A stretch of DNA of 64,000 nt from Phoronis australis (Eukaryota; Animalia; Phoronida): the NCBI GenBank assembly GCA_002633005.1, contig NMRA01000014.1:159716-223715 (forward strand). The letters are read 5' to 3'. Positions 14,009 to 24,479 of the stretch are shown piece after piece. The first letter of the stretch is position 1. The number at the start of each line of letters is the position of its first letter. The notes beneath the pieces were generated by a model. That model saw only the letters and a program-made list of their open reading frames with translations. It did no database searches and had not been told where the DNA came from. The position numbers were made by a program, and so were the translations under genes.

Positions 14009-14043
14009 CTCAATTACTTTGGTATCAAAGCCCTCAAAAACAT
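14009..14043 (-). CDS. MRPS5: Mitochondrial ribosomal protein uS5m, exon 5 (YVFEGFDTKVIE)
   Basis: ttgcAG acceptor, GTATGT donor, phase 1 in and 0 out. Resembles the MRPS5 motif YEDFDTRILE. Confidence 0.85.
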
Positions 14044-14478
14044 CTGCAACAAAATACCATTCAAATCATCAAATACAATTACAGAAAACAAGAAACCCAT
14101 TCAGCAAACAGGATCTTTAACCAAACAGTCTCAACTCACCTATACTATTCATTCAAAAATAGTCATTATGTTTTATACTCATAAGAAATCCATGATAATT
14201 TTTTTCAATTTTGAACAATGAAAAACCCTGGGTATTCCAGAAATAAATGAATGATACCAAAATTATGTTCTCACCAGGAAAATGTGAATAATGGAGCACA
14301 CATACAATGTACAAAATGGAGAAATGTCCAATCTCTTAAAAAACAAAATTGCTAAAATTTTGAGAGAAGTTTTCAGAACTGAAGATATCTCTCTAAATAC
14401 CAGAAAGAAAACAAATTCCTCAAAAGAAAATTGTTGTCAACCACAGAACGGCTTTCAAACTACTCGACCAGCACTTAC

Positions 14479-14709
14479 AGTCGTTGATAGGACTGGGTGG
14501 TCCTATACTAGTGCCTGGATACCTCTTGCCTCCTGTCCACCCTCGCAGAAGTGGCGGCATCTTGAGGACGCGGAATGAACCACCTTTCTCACGCAACTCC
14601 ACCAGTTTCTTTTTCCTGTCAGGGTCGACTGGCAGGGCGCGTCGCTGCACCAGTTCTCGGCCCATGATGATGCGATTGGTGAGTCCAGGCCAGCTCATCC
14701 CAGACTCAC
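14479..14709 (-). CDS. MRPS5: MRPS5 exon 4 (GESGMSWPGLTNRII...RGWTGGKRYPGTSIGPPSPIND)
   Basis: WPGL and RGW(S/T)G...G..IGPP motifs of MRPS5. ttttcaAG acceptor, GTAAGT donor, 231 nt. Confidence 0.92.
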
Positions 14710-15034
14710 CTTGAAAATTAATTTTAAGAGTAAGAATCAGACTAAAAACATGAGAAAAGAAATTGGCAATAGAACTTTTTCAAGCACATTAGAATTTATA
14801 AGAAGTTTGCGAGCTTGCTATGAATCTTTTAGAGTAGACGAGTCAATTAAAACTGTATGTGCATATACCAAGGTTCATTTGCATATAAATGACACTCTGC
14901 ACATATCTGAAACCAGGTGCATGTGTCTTCATGTGAAACACATATTAAGTGAAACAGAGGAGCAAATTTTTTAAATATTATGCCATTGAAACTTGACTTT
15001 TCCATTCAAAATGTAGTAGCTGCTGATGTGTATG

Positions 15035-15160
15035 CAGTATAATGTCCCAGGTTTGAGTCCAGGTTGGGGCAAAAATCTTCTCAAACTTGTATTCATTAGG
15101 TAACATGATGTGGCCAACAGGTGGCATGCAGACCAGACTTTAAAAAGCTTGCAATAAATC
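15035..15160 (+). mobile_element. Decayed tRNA-derived SINE-like repeat
   Basis: Shares attcattaggt(a/c)ac(a/g)tgatgtggccaacag with 32080-32195; degenerate B-box GGTTTGAGTCC. Confidence 0.5.
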
Positions 15161-15748
15161 ATACTTGGACTACCAATGTCATCTTAAATTTATCAAGCTA
15201 TTATTAACTCATAAAAAAGGTTAATGATTTTTATTTGTTGATGAAGTGGAAAAAATAATATTAAACTGCATTAGAAATCATACAAATACTCAAAAAATGG
15301 TTTCAATTCAGAATGCTTTCGAAATCAACTCCCGCCAATTTTTTTGAAAAATGTGATGTAAAAACATACCTCAAACCGACATACAATGGGATCATAAATT
15401 CCTAATTCTTCTGGGAAAATACCAGTGGACAATAATATTTCCGGTTTTGCTATGATGCTGTTATATAATAAGAGGAAATGCTCCAGATTTAAGACAACAG
15501 CAAAACTTAATTATTACAAACTGTAAATTAGCTATACAACCATGAAATTTGCCACTAAAGACATTTTTGTAATGATCAAAAGACTGTGACAGTTCTGGAT
15601 GACTATTCTATGCTTTGCTTCATCTCCCTGTCTTATTTTTGCTATTTCTTATTTGTTTCTTCAACTTGGTAAAACATATGTGCACCATGTAGATATGTAT
15701 CACAATTTGTTCTGAAATTAATACCAAAAACGTTACAATGACACAAAC

Positions 15749-15868
15749 CAATGCCAATCTGTTGTCCTCTGTTGAGGTCAATTCGCCGTTGACCTCGTTT
15801 AGCACGACCTCTCTTCCTTCCAGCATTACTGACCCCAGTTACACCTTTCCACAACTCATCAGCTGTCA
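15749..15868 (-). CDS. MRPS5: MRPS5 exon 3 (MTADELWKGVTGVSNAGRKRGRAKRGQRRIDLNRGQQIGIG)
   Basis: Characteristic TADELWKG...G.KRGR...DLNRGQ.IG motif. ttttactttcAG acceptor, GTTTGT donor, 120 nt. Confidence 0.95.
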
Positions 15869-16464
15869 CTGAAAGTAAAAATGAGGTTCTTATGGCAATG
15901 TATTCTGTAATTAAAGCATAGCGTTTAAATGCAATGTATTAATGTTATGAATAAGTTACAAAGGAAATGAACGTAAAAAATATGGCGCACTTTCAACATG
16001 GACGTCGCAAATCACATCCGACGCAAACAAGTCGAGATATTTTTGAAATTCGTCCTGGTATGGGAATTGGGGATAGTTAGGCCTATAAAAGATCTTAAAG
16101 TCAGCAGCAGAGCGTCTAAAGCCGTGCACCGTACCAATGACTGCTGGTAACTCATCAGAGACACAACTTTAACATCCTTTGCAGCAGAGATAACTCTTCG
16201 GCTGTCTCCGGTGAGTCCATTCATTCTTGAATGATGTTTAGGAAAATGAATAACTTAACAAAGGAAATAAAATGCAAATGGAAAATTATCATCCACTAAT
16301 TTTCTTTCTAAGTTAACAAACAGTGTGTTCCTTTTAGTTTTGAGTCTAACGTAGCTCTGTGTGAATTTGAACCTGCCGCAGCTATGGTTATTCGAAGTGT
16401 GAGCCCATTATGAGACACCCTGTAAAGAGATGTGGTTCTCGTAGATCAAGTGTCCAATACTTAC

Positions 16465-16587
16465 TTTTATTAAAGAAGCCCCCCCTCTGGTCAGTGGTGG
16501 TATGAAACTGGCGACAAGACTTGACACAAGAAATCACAGACACAGCTCTCAGGTGGTGCAATCCAAGGGCTGCATTTCGTAGCATGT
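16465..16587 (-). CDS. MRPS5: MRPS5 exon 2 (presequence region, ends QRGGFFNK)
   Basis: ttttAG acceptor, GTAAGT donor, 123 nt, phase 1-1. Splicing gives FFNK-M-TADELW, as in MRPS5 FFTK-L-TADELW. Confidence 0.85.
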
Positions 16588-16748
16588 CTAAAATTAAGCA
16601 CAAAAGACTCATCTGGTTAATGCCATGAGCCAATAGGTCCCACTCAATGACAATGTAATGGTTGGTTAGCCAGCCAGCTAACTGTAAGAAGACTATCGTC
16701 AAATACAGTCAGGTACTACTGTGTGATGAGCTCCTACAGACCTCTAAA

Positions 16749-16925
16749 TTCCACACAGCCTGCGGTAGTTTTGCTCGTCACCTCACCGTGTCATTCCACA
16801 CAGCCTGCGGTAGTTTTGCTCGTCACCTCACCGTGTCATTCCACACAGCCTGCGGTAGTTTTGCTCGTCACCTCACCGTGTCATTCCACACAGCCTGCGG
16901 TAGTTTTGCTCGTCACCTCACCGTG
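16749..16925. repeat. 45-bp minisatellite, about 4 identical copies (MRPS5 intron 1)
   Basis: Unit ttccacacagcctgcggtagttttgctcgtcacctcaccgtgtca. Confidence 0.95.
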
Positions 16926-18106
16926 AAACTTGTATCAACATGTAGAGCTTAAGACCGGCAGACATGCATGCAAAATGTGGGAGTCAATTGACACTCAGCT
17001 TGCCCGTTACAGCTGTTAAAATGAAAAACAATCTAATAAACATCATTTTCTTGCGTAAATCTCTGACTTCGGTAACAAAGAAAAGTATGTCTTAGTTTTG
17101 AAAACAGTACACTCATGACAAGCACATGAGTCATTTCCCGAATTTTTGCGACAGCTTTGCAGTAGCAAAATTTGTTCAGAAATTCGGTTTGCTGGTATTA
17201 AAATTCTAAACCCGTTCCAATAATTTGTTGCGACGTGTACGCAACATAGCGAAAGAACAAATAACAATTGATCGAAGAATCATCAAAAAAAGAAATGCAA
17301 TATTTCTTGAGGCCGAAAGTCAACGCAAAAGATCGCGCCACAATTTTAGCAGCAGAATTGCTGTGCGTGAACTTGGAATCCTGCTTAATCTCAAGATCGT
17401 CTATGCGTGAACTTGGAATTCATTTGGGCAATCAGGTGAACTTTTTTGTTCAGTGCAAGGAATTTTTGTAATTATTGTTGTCATGGTCACCCATTTTCTC
17501 ATTTACCATAACTTGTGTCGAAGAATCGGAGGAATATGTGAATGGTTAAATTAATTATTGTTTGGTGAATAAGATCACCAAAAGTTGAAAAAGTTGGTTA
17601 AAATTTACGTTATTATATTAAATTTAAAATGTAATTTGATTTAGTGTAGTGAAAATTTTTAGCGACATGAACGTTATTATTTGAGTAAACTACTCAAGTT
17701 TCCTCGTGTACTCCAAGTTCCCGCATACGAGATTTTGAGTTCACGCACTGCAGAATAGAGAGCACGCCAATTTTTCCAACACCGGAAAATAATTTAGTGT
17801 ACTCAAGGAAGAGTCTAGTTTTTAATGACACTAATTTTGTGTCAGATTTTATCTCGTTGGTTTTTACCCATATCGGTGCCATGTATACTTATACAGTTTT
17901 GGCCCCAAGGCTAACACTAGCAGTCAACTAGGTGAGGTTTGGTTTAGGCTTGGTTTCAGAAATCACAAAGCCCCAAGATGAACTTGAGTATGCTTTGATA
18001 GACAGCTTTGATACTTGTTTTACATTTAAGCAGTAATATAAGTCGCTTTTATAGACAGCTTTGATATTTGTTTTACATTTAAGCAGTAACCTAAGTCCAT
18101 CTTTAC

Positions 18107-18170
18107 CTATTTGCAGCACCAAACGTTGTGTCGCATGAGCATTCGTGAACACCCGCAAGGGCGCCGCCAT
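18107..18170 (-). CDS. MRPS5: MRPS5 exon 1 (MAAPLRVFTNAHATQRLVLQI)
   Basis: aaaATGGCG start context, a mitochondrial-presequence-like composition and a phase 1 GTAAAG donor. Confidence 0.8.
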
Positions 18171-18455
18171 TTTGACAGTAAACACGTCTTGTACAATCTA
18201 ATATATTTCAACAAGATGCATAAGTGAAAGTAGCGTGTATTTGTTTTATTAAATATCAACAACGTATTTAATTACATAAAAAATAAGTATTCCAATAAAA
18301 AATACTTATTTTTTATTGGAACAACACTCGTGGGCTAGATAACAACCTCTAAAAATTGAACAACAAAACGGAAGTTGTAGCATGACGACTCTATTTGCTA
18401 AAGGTCTGCGTGATGGACAAGCACTGGCGCTCGCCAAAGATCGTCAAATAAGGGC
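18171..18455. promoter_or_regulatory. Probable bidirectional promoter of MRPS5 and COX16
   Basis: Divergent start codons are 285 bp apart. Inverted CCAAT/ATTGG pair at 18292-18319, ETS-like CGGAAGT at 18369-18375, and YY1-like GCCGCCATTTT over the MRPS5 ATG. Confidence 0.7.
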
Positions 18456-18527
18456 ATGGATGGGTTGGTTCAAGGTTTTAACCGATTGAGAAATAGGCGG
18501 TTTTATCGCTACGGTGCCCCGTTCATG
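18456..18527 (+). CDS. COX16: Cytochrome c oxidase assembly factor COX16, exon 1 (MDGLVQGFNRLRNRRFYRYGAPFM)
   Basis: YG(V/A)PFM motif, GTATGT donor, 72 nt, phase 0. Confidence 0.88.
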
Positions 18528-18764
18528 GTATGTCTCTCAAGATTATACCATCAATCTCGCGTTGTTGGTACCTTTTGCACATAGAAGAGTTACAACAGTG
18601 GCACGATATAGGGTATAGTGAAAACGCGCATTTTAAAATGTGTCGATTATTGACGGTGAAATCGACACATTTCGTTTCGCGACCAAAACCCGCGGAAACT
18701 TCCTAATCATGCCCGGAGTAACAAAAGTCCGCAAACCTCAAATCTCAGTCCCGTCTCCTGGTTC

Positions 18765-20363
18765 TCAAAATATGTGCAGGTTTTATGTGACTGAGCAAGG
18801 TGAAAGAGAAAAAACAGCACTTGTCACGATAAAGAATAAATCTCGGCTTAACATTGGTACACTCTTGTGTTGTGAACCAATTTCTAAGTGAGGAATACAG
18901 ATTATGCATCAGTCACTTTCAAAATTCAAATCCTCACGACTTTCCTGAGTCAGTATAGGAGATGAATGAATTAAATGCCTGCTATTTTATCTCAATACTG
19001 ATGATAGCGATTGAGTCAGTCACTTCCACGCATCAACTCTAATACCGTATTCGCCGTAATAACCGCCCAGGGCGCTTAGAAAAGTTCGGTTCAGGGGGGG
19101 CGCTTATTATAACCCAAGGCGGTTGAAACCCGGTCTCCGAAACGGGTGAAATCGGAAGCTAAGATTCATCAAATTTACGCTCTGTGATGCATGTAATCTA
19201 TGAAAGACTTTCAACAAAACTGTGGTGCATTGCTATCAAACTTTGCTGCTAAATTACGATCATTTTACAGAAAATTGTGCTGAAATCCCAGGGCGAAAAC
19301 TCGCCAACTGACTGCTTCGAAATCGCCGTCTTCGATATGGCGACTTCAATGTTTGAATAAAAATGGTTTCGATAAAGTACCTGAAATCCTCATTAAATTT
19401 TATAAGTAGCGTCTCTAAGGTTTTTAAGTTCCNGGCGCTCAAATCGCTCGCGGGCGCTCACTCTATTGAACACGCTTCTGGTGTACCTCTATCTATGCGC
19501 GAAAGGTATTTATAACAACATGAGACCGTTTAGTCAGTGTGAGGCATAATGCGCTGATCAATAAGCATCGGTGTGGCCTATGGGATGACTAACATCTCTA
19601 CTGCGGCCAGTTGAGACAGTGGTACTGTCTAGCCGATCAGTGGATTTTTGTTTTCACTGACTGTTTGACAAGATAGTTCCTTTTTCCGAAAACCAGATGG
19701 CATTGACCACAACCATGAAATTCGCTGTACACAGTACATTTACGCCTGGTACCCTCAAGTCAGATTCAGTTTTTAAATCTTTCCACCTCAATCAAATACT
19801 CTTGCAATCAAAATTTATCCCGAACAGTCTTCCATTCCTTCTCCAAAATTGAAGGCTGTCACCTCGATTACATTCAGTGTGCTCGAGGTCAAAAGGAAAC
19901 ATATAGAGGATTTTCTGGGGAGGTCACCGATCTTTCATCCAGCCCGAGTGGAGGCAGCACAGTCAATGGGCCTGTCTAAAGTTTTAATTTAAGTTTACAG
20001 TAGCAGCATACGGGTTAATGTTTGAATGTAACATGCCTGCAGTTTTCTCTGTATAATGGGCCATCAAATTGGTAATCAAAATATGGGCAGGTTTTATGTG
20101 ACTATTGCTGTGTATGGCATATAGAGCAAGCTGAAAAAGAAAAAACATCACTTGTCGTGATAAAGAATAACATTGGTACACACTTGTGTTGTGAACCAAT
20201 TTCTAAGTGAAGGATACAGATTATGCATCAGTCACTTTCAAAATTCAAATCCTCTCGACTTTCCTGTGTCAGTATAGGAGATGAATGAATTAAATGCCTG
20301 CTATTTTGTCTCAATGCTGATGATAGCGATTGAGTCAGTCCCTTCCACGCATCAACTCTAATA
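18765..20363 (+). repeat. Direct duplication (~280 bp: 18765-19044 and 20076-20363) in COX16 intron 1
   Basis: Near-identical blocks, both ending cttccacgcatcaactctaata, with an N at 19433 between them. Confidence 0.85.
19045..19432 (+). mobile_element. Probable Tc1/mariner-superfamily DNA element end inserted at TA
   Basis: Begins TA|CCGTATTCGCCGTAATAACCGCCC exactly where the first duplicate diverges from the second. The right end was not found before the N. Confidence 0.5.
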
Positions 20364-20892
20364 TTTGTTAACTGGTATAAAACGTGTGACCTAGCCAAAG
20401 ATTTTGTCTACTCGCTGATTAATAGCTGTGTCTTGCATATCGCTTTCTTTGAAAACCAGACTGTTAGTCAGAGAAAGTACTTTATGATGCAAGATACACG
20501 TGAAGGTGTGTGCTGGAGTAGGGAACTTTACGCAATTTTACACCCAGTTGAAAATTTAGGTGGAAAGTTTAGCATAGGACATTGATAAATGCTCATGATA
20601 GTTTTGAAAACAACATGAGAAGTTTTATTTTTTATTGTTTCCGAGGGAGGAAGTCACTTCTGCCACACCCCTTTTGTCTACCTATGAGTAAATTGCCCAT
20701 ACACCTGTAGTTCAAGTCTTCAGAATACATTTTAAATTCAGAGCACATTATTGAACTACCTCTAGCAATGGAGATGAGCAATCCACAACAGAATTAGACA
20801 TTGACAGCTAAACCACTGCAAAGTTCCCCCTTAAATCTTGAGTCCAATCTTGTTTTATCTGTTCATGTTGTTTCACTTTGTCCTCATTCCAG

Positions 20893-20967
20893 CTGCTTGT
20901 TGTTGGCGCCTCATTTGGGTTGAAACAGTTTACACAGATTCGATATACATTTACAAAGAAGGAAGTG
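20893..20967 (+). CDS. COX16: COX16 exon 2 (LLVVGASFGLKQFTQIRYTFTKKEV)
   Basis: Matches the COX16 motif LLIVGGSFGLREFSQIRY. cctcattccAG acceptor, GTAAGA donor. Confidence 0.92.
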
Positions 20968-22090
20968 GTAAGATTCTTTTTTACTACATCCTGGGCTACA
21001 TTTTGACTGCAAGTCCCCTTGTTAACTGCTTGTTTCTGGTTTAAGATAAAAATACCCCCTAAAAATGTGCTTTCCTAGTTAATCAAACATGCATATAGAT
21101 ATAACATTATAGGGATACATGTGGGAATCAGAGGAAGAACATGCCATCCCTTCTCATGAAGGTGGGGTGCCACGCATTAAAGCAACTGCTTAAAAGTATG
21201 ACTTGATTTGTTCTATGAGTTGTGGATCTCCTATGGAGATAATAATTCTTAAGATGCAGTAACTGACAGGAAATCTGGGTGGGGATGGGAAATGTGTGAC
21301 TACCCAGTGGGTTTTTGCCCCCACCCCCATGCCCATTTCTTGACTTTATAGACTCTCCCTTATTTTTGGTTTCTAGGTTTTAATGAGTCCGTGCGTGTTA
21401 ACCCAGACAAATATAATGTCCATGGTGGTTCATCTTATAATCTCATTTACTGTTAGAAGATATTATATTATAAGTCCAGTGGTTTCAAAACACACTTGAA
21501 GATGTTGAAGAAAAAATGTAACCTTTTCAAAGTTCTGTTTAGTAGGTTCATTATCGTCAAGTTTTGATGGGAGCCAGATGTATCGTGCTTTAAGAACTCA
21601 TCAGTTTCATTTATCTCCTGGTGTTCTGAACATCAGGGCTTGGTTGCATCAAAAGTTATCCGCTAGATAAATTTGATTGTTGCATGATGTCGAGTGCGTT
21701 ATTCAACAATAACGACGTGGCGCTTGGTAATGCGACGTCATTGTTGTTATACAGCGTGTAATTTGTATGCGACTGGGCCGCTGGTCTATAGCAAGTTGTT
21801 AAGAGAGGAAAGCCTAATTTTGTCACGGGAAATGAGATAAGAGAATGGAGTTACCATACCCCCCCCCCAGTCCACTGCTCACCCTCCAATTACTCCCTTC
21901 AACACATTTATTTGTTCCACAAAATATCTGCTTCCCCAAGGGAGTGAATGTATAATCTGTGTGACACTTGCGAGACAGTTATTTGGAAGCCTTAGACCCC
22001 ATACGAGTCTCATCCCTGCTCGAATATCCATCCAAATTCTGTTAATACACCTTTCTGTTGCTGTGTTATCTCCCCTTATCCTGATTTCAG

Positions 22091-22165
22091 CTTACTCCAG
22101 ATCAGGTTAAAGAACTAGGAATCAAGAGGCGTCAAGAAATTTCAAGTTTAGAGGATGAGTATGAG
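22091..22165 (+). CDS. COX16: COX16 exon 3 (LTPDQVKELGIKRRQEISSLEDEYE)
   Basis: SLE.EYE motif. tttcAG acceptor, GTAAGT donor, 75 nt. Confidence 0.9.
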
Positions 22166-22845
22166 GTAAGTTGAACTGGCCTGAAAGCAAGCATGAGATT
22201 TGTGCCAACTTTTATAAACTTCTTTACGAATTGTTATTTTGGAAACAATATTTTCTTGAAAGCACTGTGCCAGTGATTCCACGAACAGCCATACCAAATA
22301 TAGGTCTACTTTTGGATCAATGATTAAAAGTTGCTAACAGTTAGTTGGTTTTCCAAAATGAACAGTGTTGGTGGGTGTGAAACAAAGAACATTTTTTCAT
22401 GAAACGGGAGCATAGCTCATTTCTGCACATTCCATCTTCGCCTTAATTATCCTGCTACAGCTCAAACAGACATATCTAACCTTACCGTTTGATACCATAA
22501 GTTCTCTTAACTACTTGTCCTCATTCTTTGCCTTTGTTGGTGGCACATATTTTGGTTAGGGGTCTCCTGTTTTTGAAAGTACATTTTGACTACTATTTGG
22601 GGTATTAGAAATTAAAGTACAAATGTGTTGTTTCCGAATATGTGTCTTGAGGCAAACTGCCAAGAATTCTTGGTAACAAAGAATGTAACATGTCAAATTA
22701 AGTAATAAAGCAATCACTAAAAACTAAGTATTCAATTAAGTTGTATCTTAATACACATTATGACTGCTTTACCGTGGAGATGAAAGGCTAATCGTATTTT
22801 GTTACTCACCTTTGACCTCACACTAAAAAATCCATTTAACTTGAT

Positions 22846-23083
22846 CTCCAACCACACTCAGGCACTCATGCCACTCTCCAACCACACTCAGGCACTCATG
22901 CCACTCTCCAACCACACTCAGGCACTCATGCCACTCTCCAACCACACTCAGGCACTCATGCCACTCTCCAACCACACTCAGGCACTCGTGCCACTCTCCA
23001 ACCACACTCAGGCACTCGTGCCACTCTCCAACCACACTCAGGCACTCATGCCACCCTCCAACCACACTCAGGCACTCATGCCA
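22846..23083. repeat. 30-bp minisatellite, 8 copies (COX16 intron 3)
   Basis: Unit ctccaaccacactcaggcactcatgccact; accounts for ORFs 22799..23257 and 22823..23065. Confidence 0.95.
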
Positions 23084-23302
23084 CAGACATTTTTTACAGC
23101 AAGCGAATGCCAGAACAACACTTTTGGGGTGAAACTGAGTCGCTCATGTTGTTTGCTTACTTTAAAACTTGTGTGCCCGAGTGTGGTTGGAATTCAGGCT
23201 CCCTGGCAAGTGTTTTTGTGCATGATTAGATTATTTGTGGTGTGTGGCAAAAGTTAGTTTCTACACCCTGTTGCTGATAACTGTTAGTGACACTGTGATA
23301 CT

Positions 23303-23550
23303 GGGGTCTGTTCCAAGAAAATGGTTTAATAAGTTCATTTTTGACTTAAGTATAAGATTTGTCTCAACTTCCAAACTTTGAAACTTCCACATCCAGTGAG
23401 ATAGCCAAAATTAAGGCAACTTAAGTAAAAAATTTAAGTCAAACTTAAGATCTCTTTCTTGAAACGGACTTGAGAAGAATTAAGTTTCATCTTAAAATTG
23501 GCTGAAATTTGAGATTTGTCTTATCTAGGTCAGTTTTCTTGGAACAGGCT
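23303..23550. mobile_element. MITE-like element
   Basis: Inverted ends ctgttccaagaaaa ... ttttcttggaacag with an AT-rich interior. Confidence 0.5.
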
Positions 23551-23714
23551 ACTTGTTCATAAGAATTGCTGATAAAAATGTTATAATTTGATATTGCTTT
23601 CACAAAAATGCTGATAAACAACATTTCACTTTGGTCTAGTGAAAATATTTGCCTTTTATTTTTCGTCGATAGAAAACTGCTGCTGAAACGTTCTACTGTA
23701 TTACTGCTTTACAG

Positions 23715-23852
23715 AAAACTGCTGATAAAATTCGGGATGAGCTAGATGACTGGGAAAATATCCGCGGCCCCAGACCTTGGGAAGACTCCAAGTCTGTGCA
23801 GGAATTGGAGAGAGAGTTGGCCAAAGTAAAGAAACCTATAGTCACTTCATGA
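23715..23852 (+). CDS. COX16: COX16 exon 4 (KTADKIRDELDDWENIRGPRPWEDSK...PIVTS*)
   Basis: Diagnostic DDW.NIRGPRPWE motif; TGA at 23850-23852; total protein 119 aa. Confidence 0.95.
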   Translation, partial: KTADKIRDELDDWENIRGPRPWEDSKSVQELERELAKVKKPIVTS

Positions 23853-24427
23853 CGTATTATTTGTTGAGTTAGTAGTGCACTTGAGTTCATTCATTCATTC
23901 ATTTGTGTTACAGGTGCTTTCGGTTTGATGTTGCATTGCTGAACTGTGTACCACTATGAAATATTTCACTGTGAAACATTGGAATGCGGAAATGTTTTTC
24001 TAGTATTTAGTTGTACGATGATAGGTCTTCTGTTATAAACTCGGGCCCAGTCTGTACAATGCTCGATTGTTGGTATTCAAATATATAAGACACTGGTCTC
24101 TACACACTTTTATTTCTACATGCATGCTTCAGATAGTAATACATAGACTACTGATAGCTATCGCCATCTATACGTAGAAGTGAACAACACTATATTGTTA
24201 AAGAAGAGAACTTTTGATTTAGATTACATCAGTACTGCACTATAAAATTGTTTACAACTCATCCTTTACTCAAGTGAGAAGTGATTTTGTAGTTTGAAAG
24301 GAACTCACTGTTTATTATAAGTTGAGAACATGCTCTATGTTTGAAATGTCAGGTGGTGACAAGCCAATTTGTTCTCAAACAATTTGAGACCAATTCCATG
24401 AGGTAAGGGGTCTAAATCATTTTTTGT

Positions 24428-24479
24428 GAGAGAGAGAGGGAGGGAGGGAGGGAGGGAGAGAGAGAGAGAGAGAGAGAGA
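24428..24479. repeat. (GA)n/(GGGA)n microsatellite
   Basis: Direct read. Confidence 0.95.

Noticed and set aside
16012-16224. Possible extra MRPS5 exon
   Set aside because: Splice phases do not fit, and exons 2 and 3 join directly into the conserved FFNK-M-TADELW.
16662-16952. Repetitive ORFs / CRISPR-like array
   Set aside because: Head-to-tail 45-bp minisatellite with no unique spacers, inside a eukaryotic intron, with no cas genes.
22799-23257. 152-aa repeat protein (SNHTQALMPL)n
   Set aside because: Product of a 30-bp minisatellite in COX16 intron 3.
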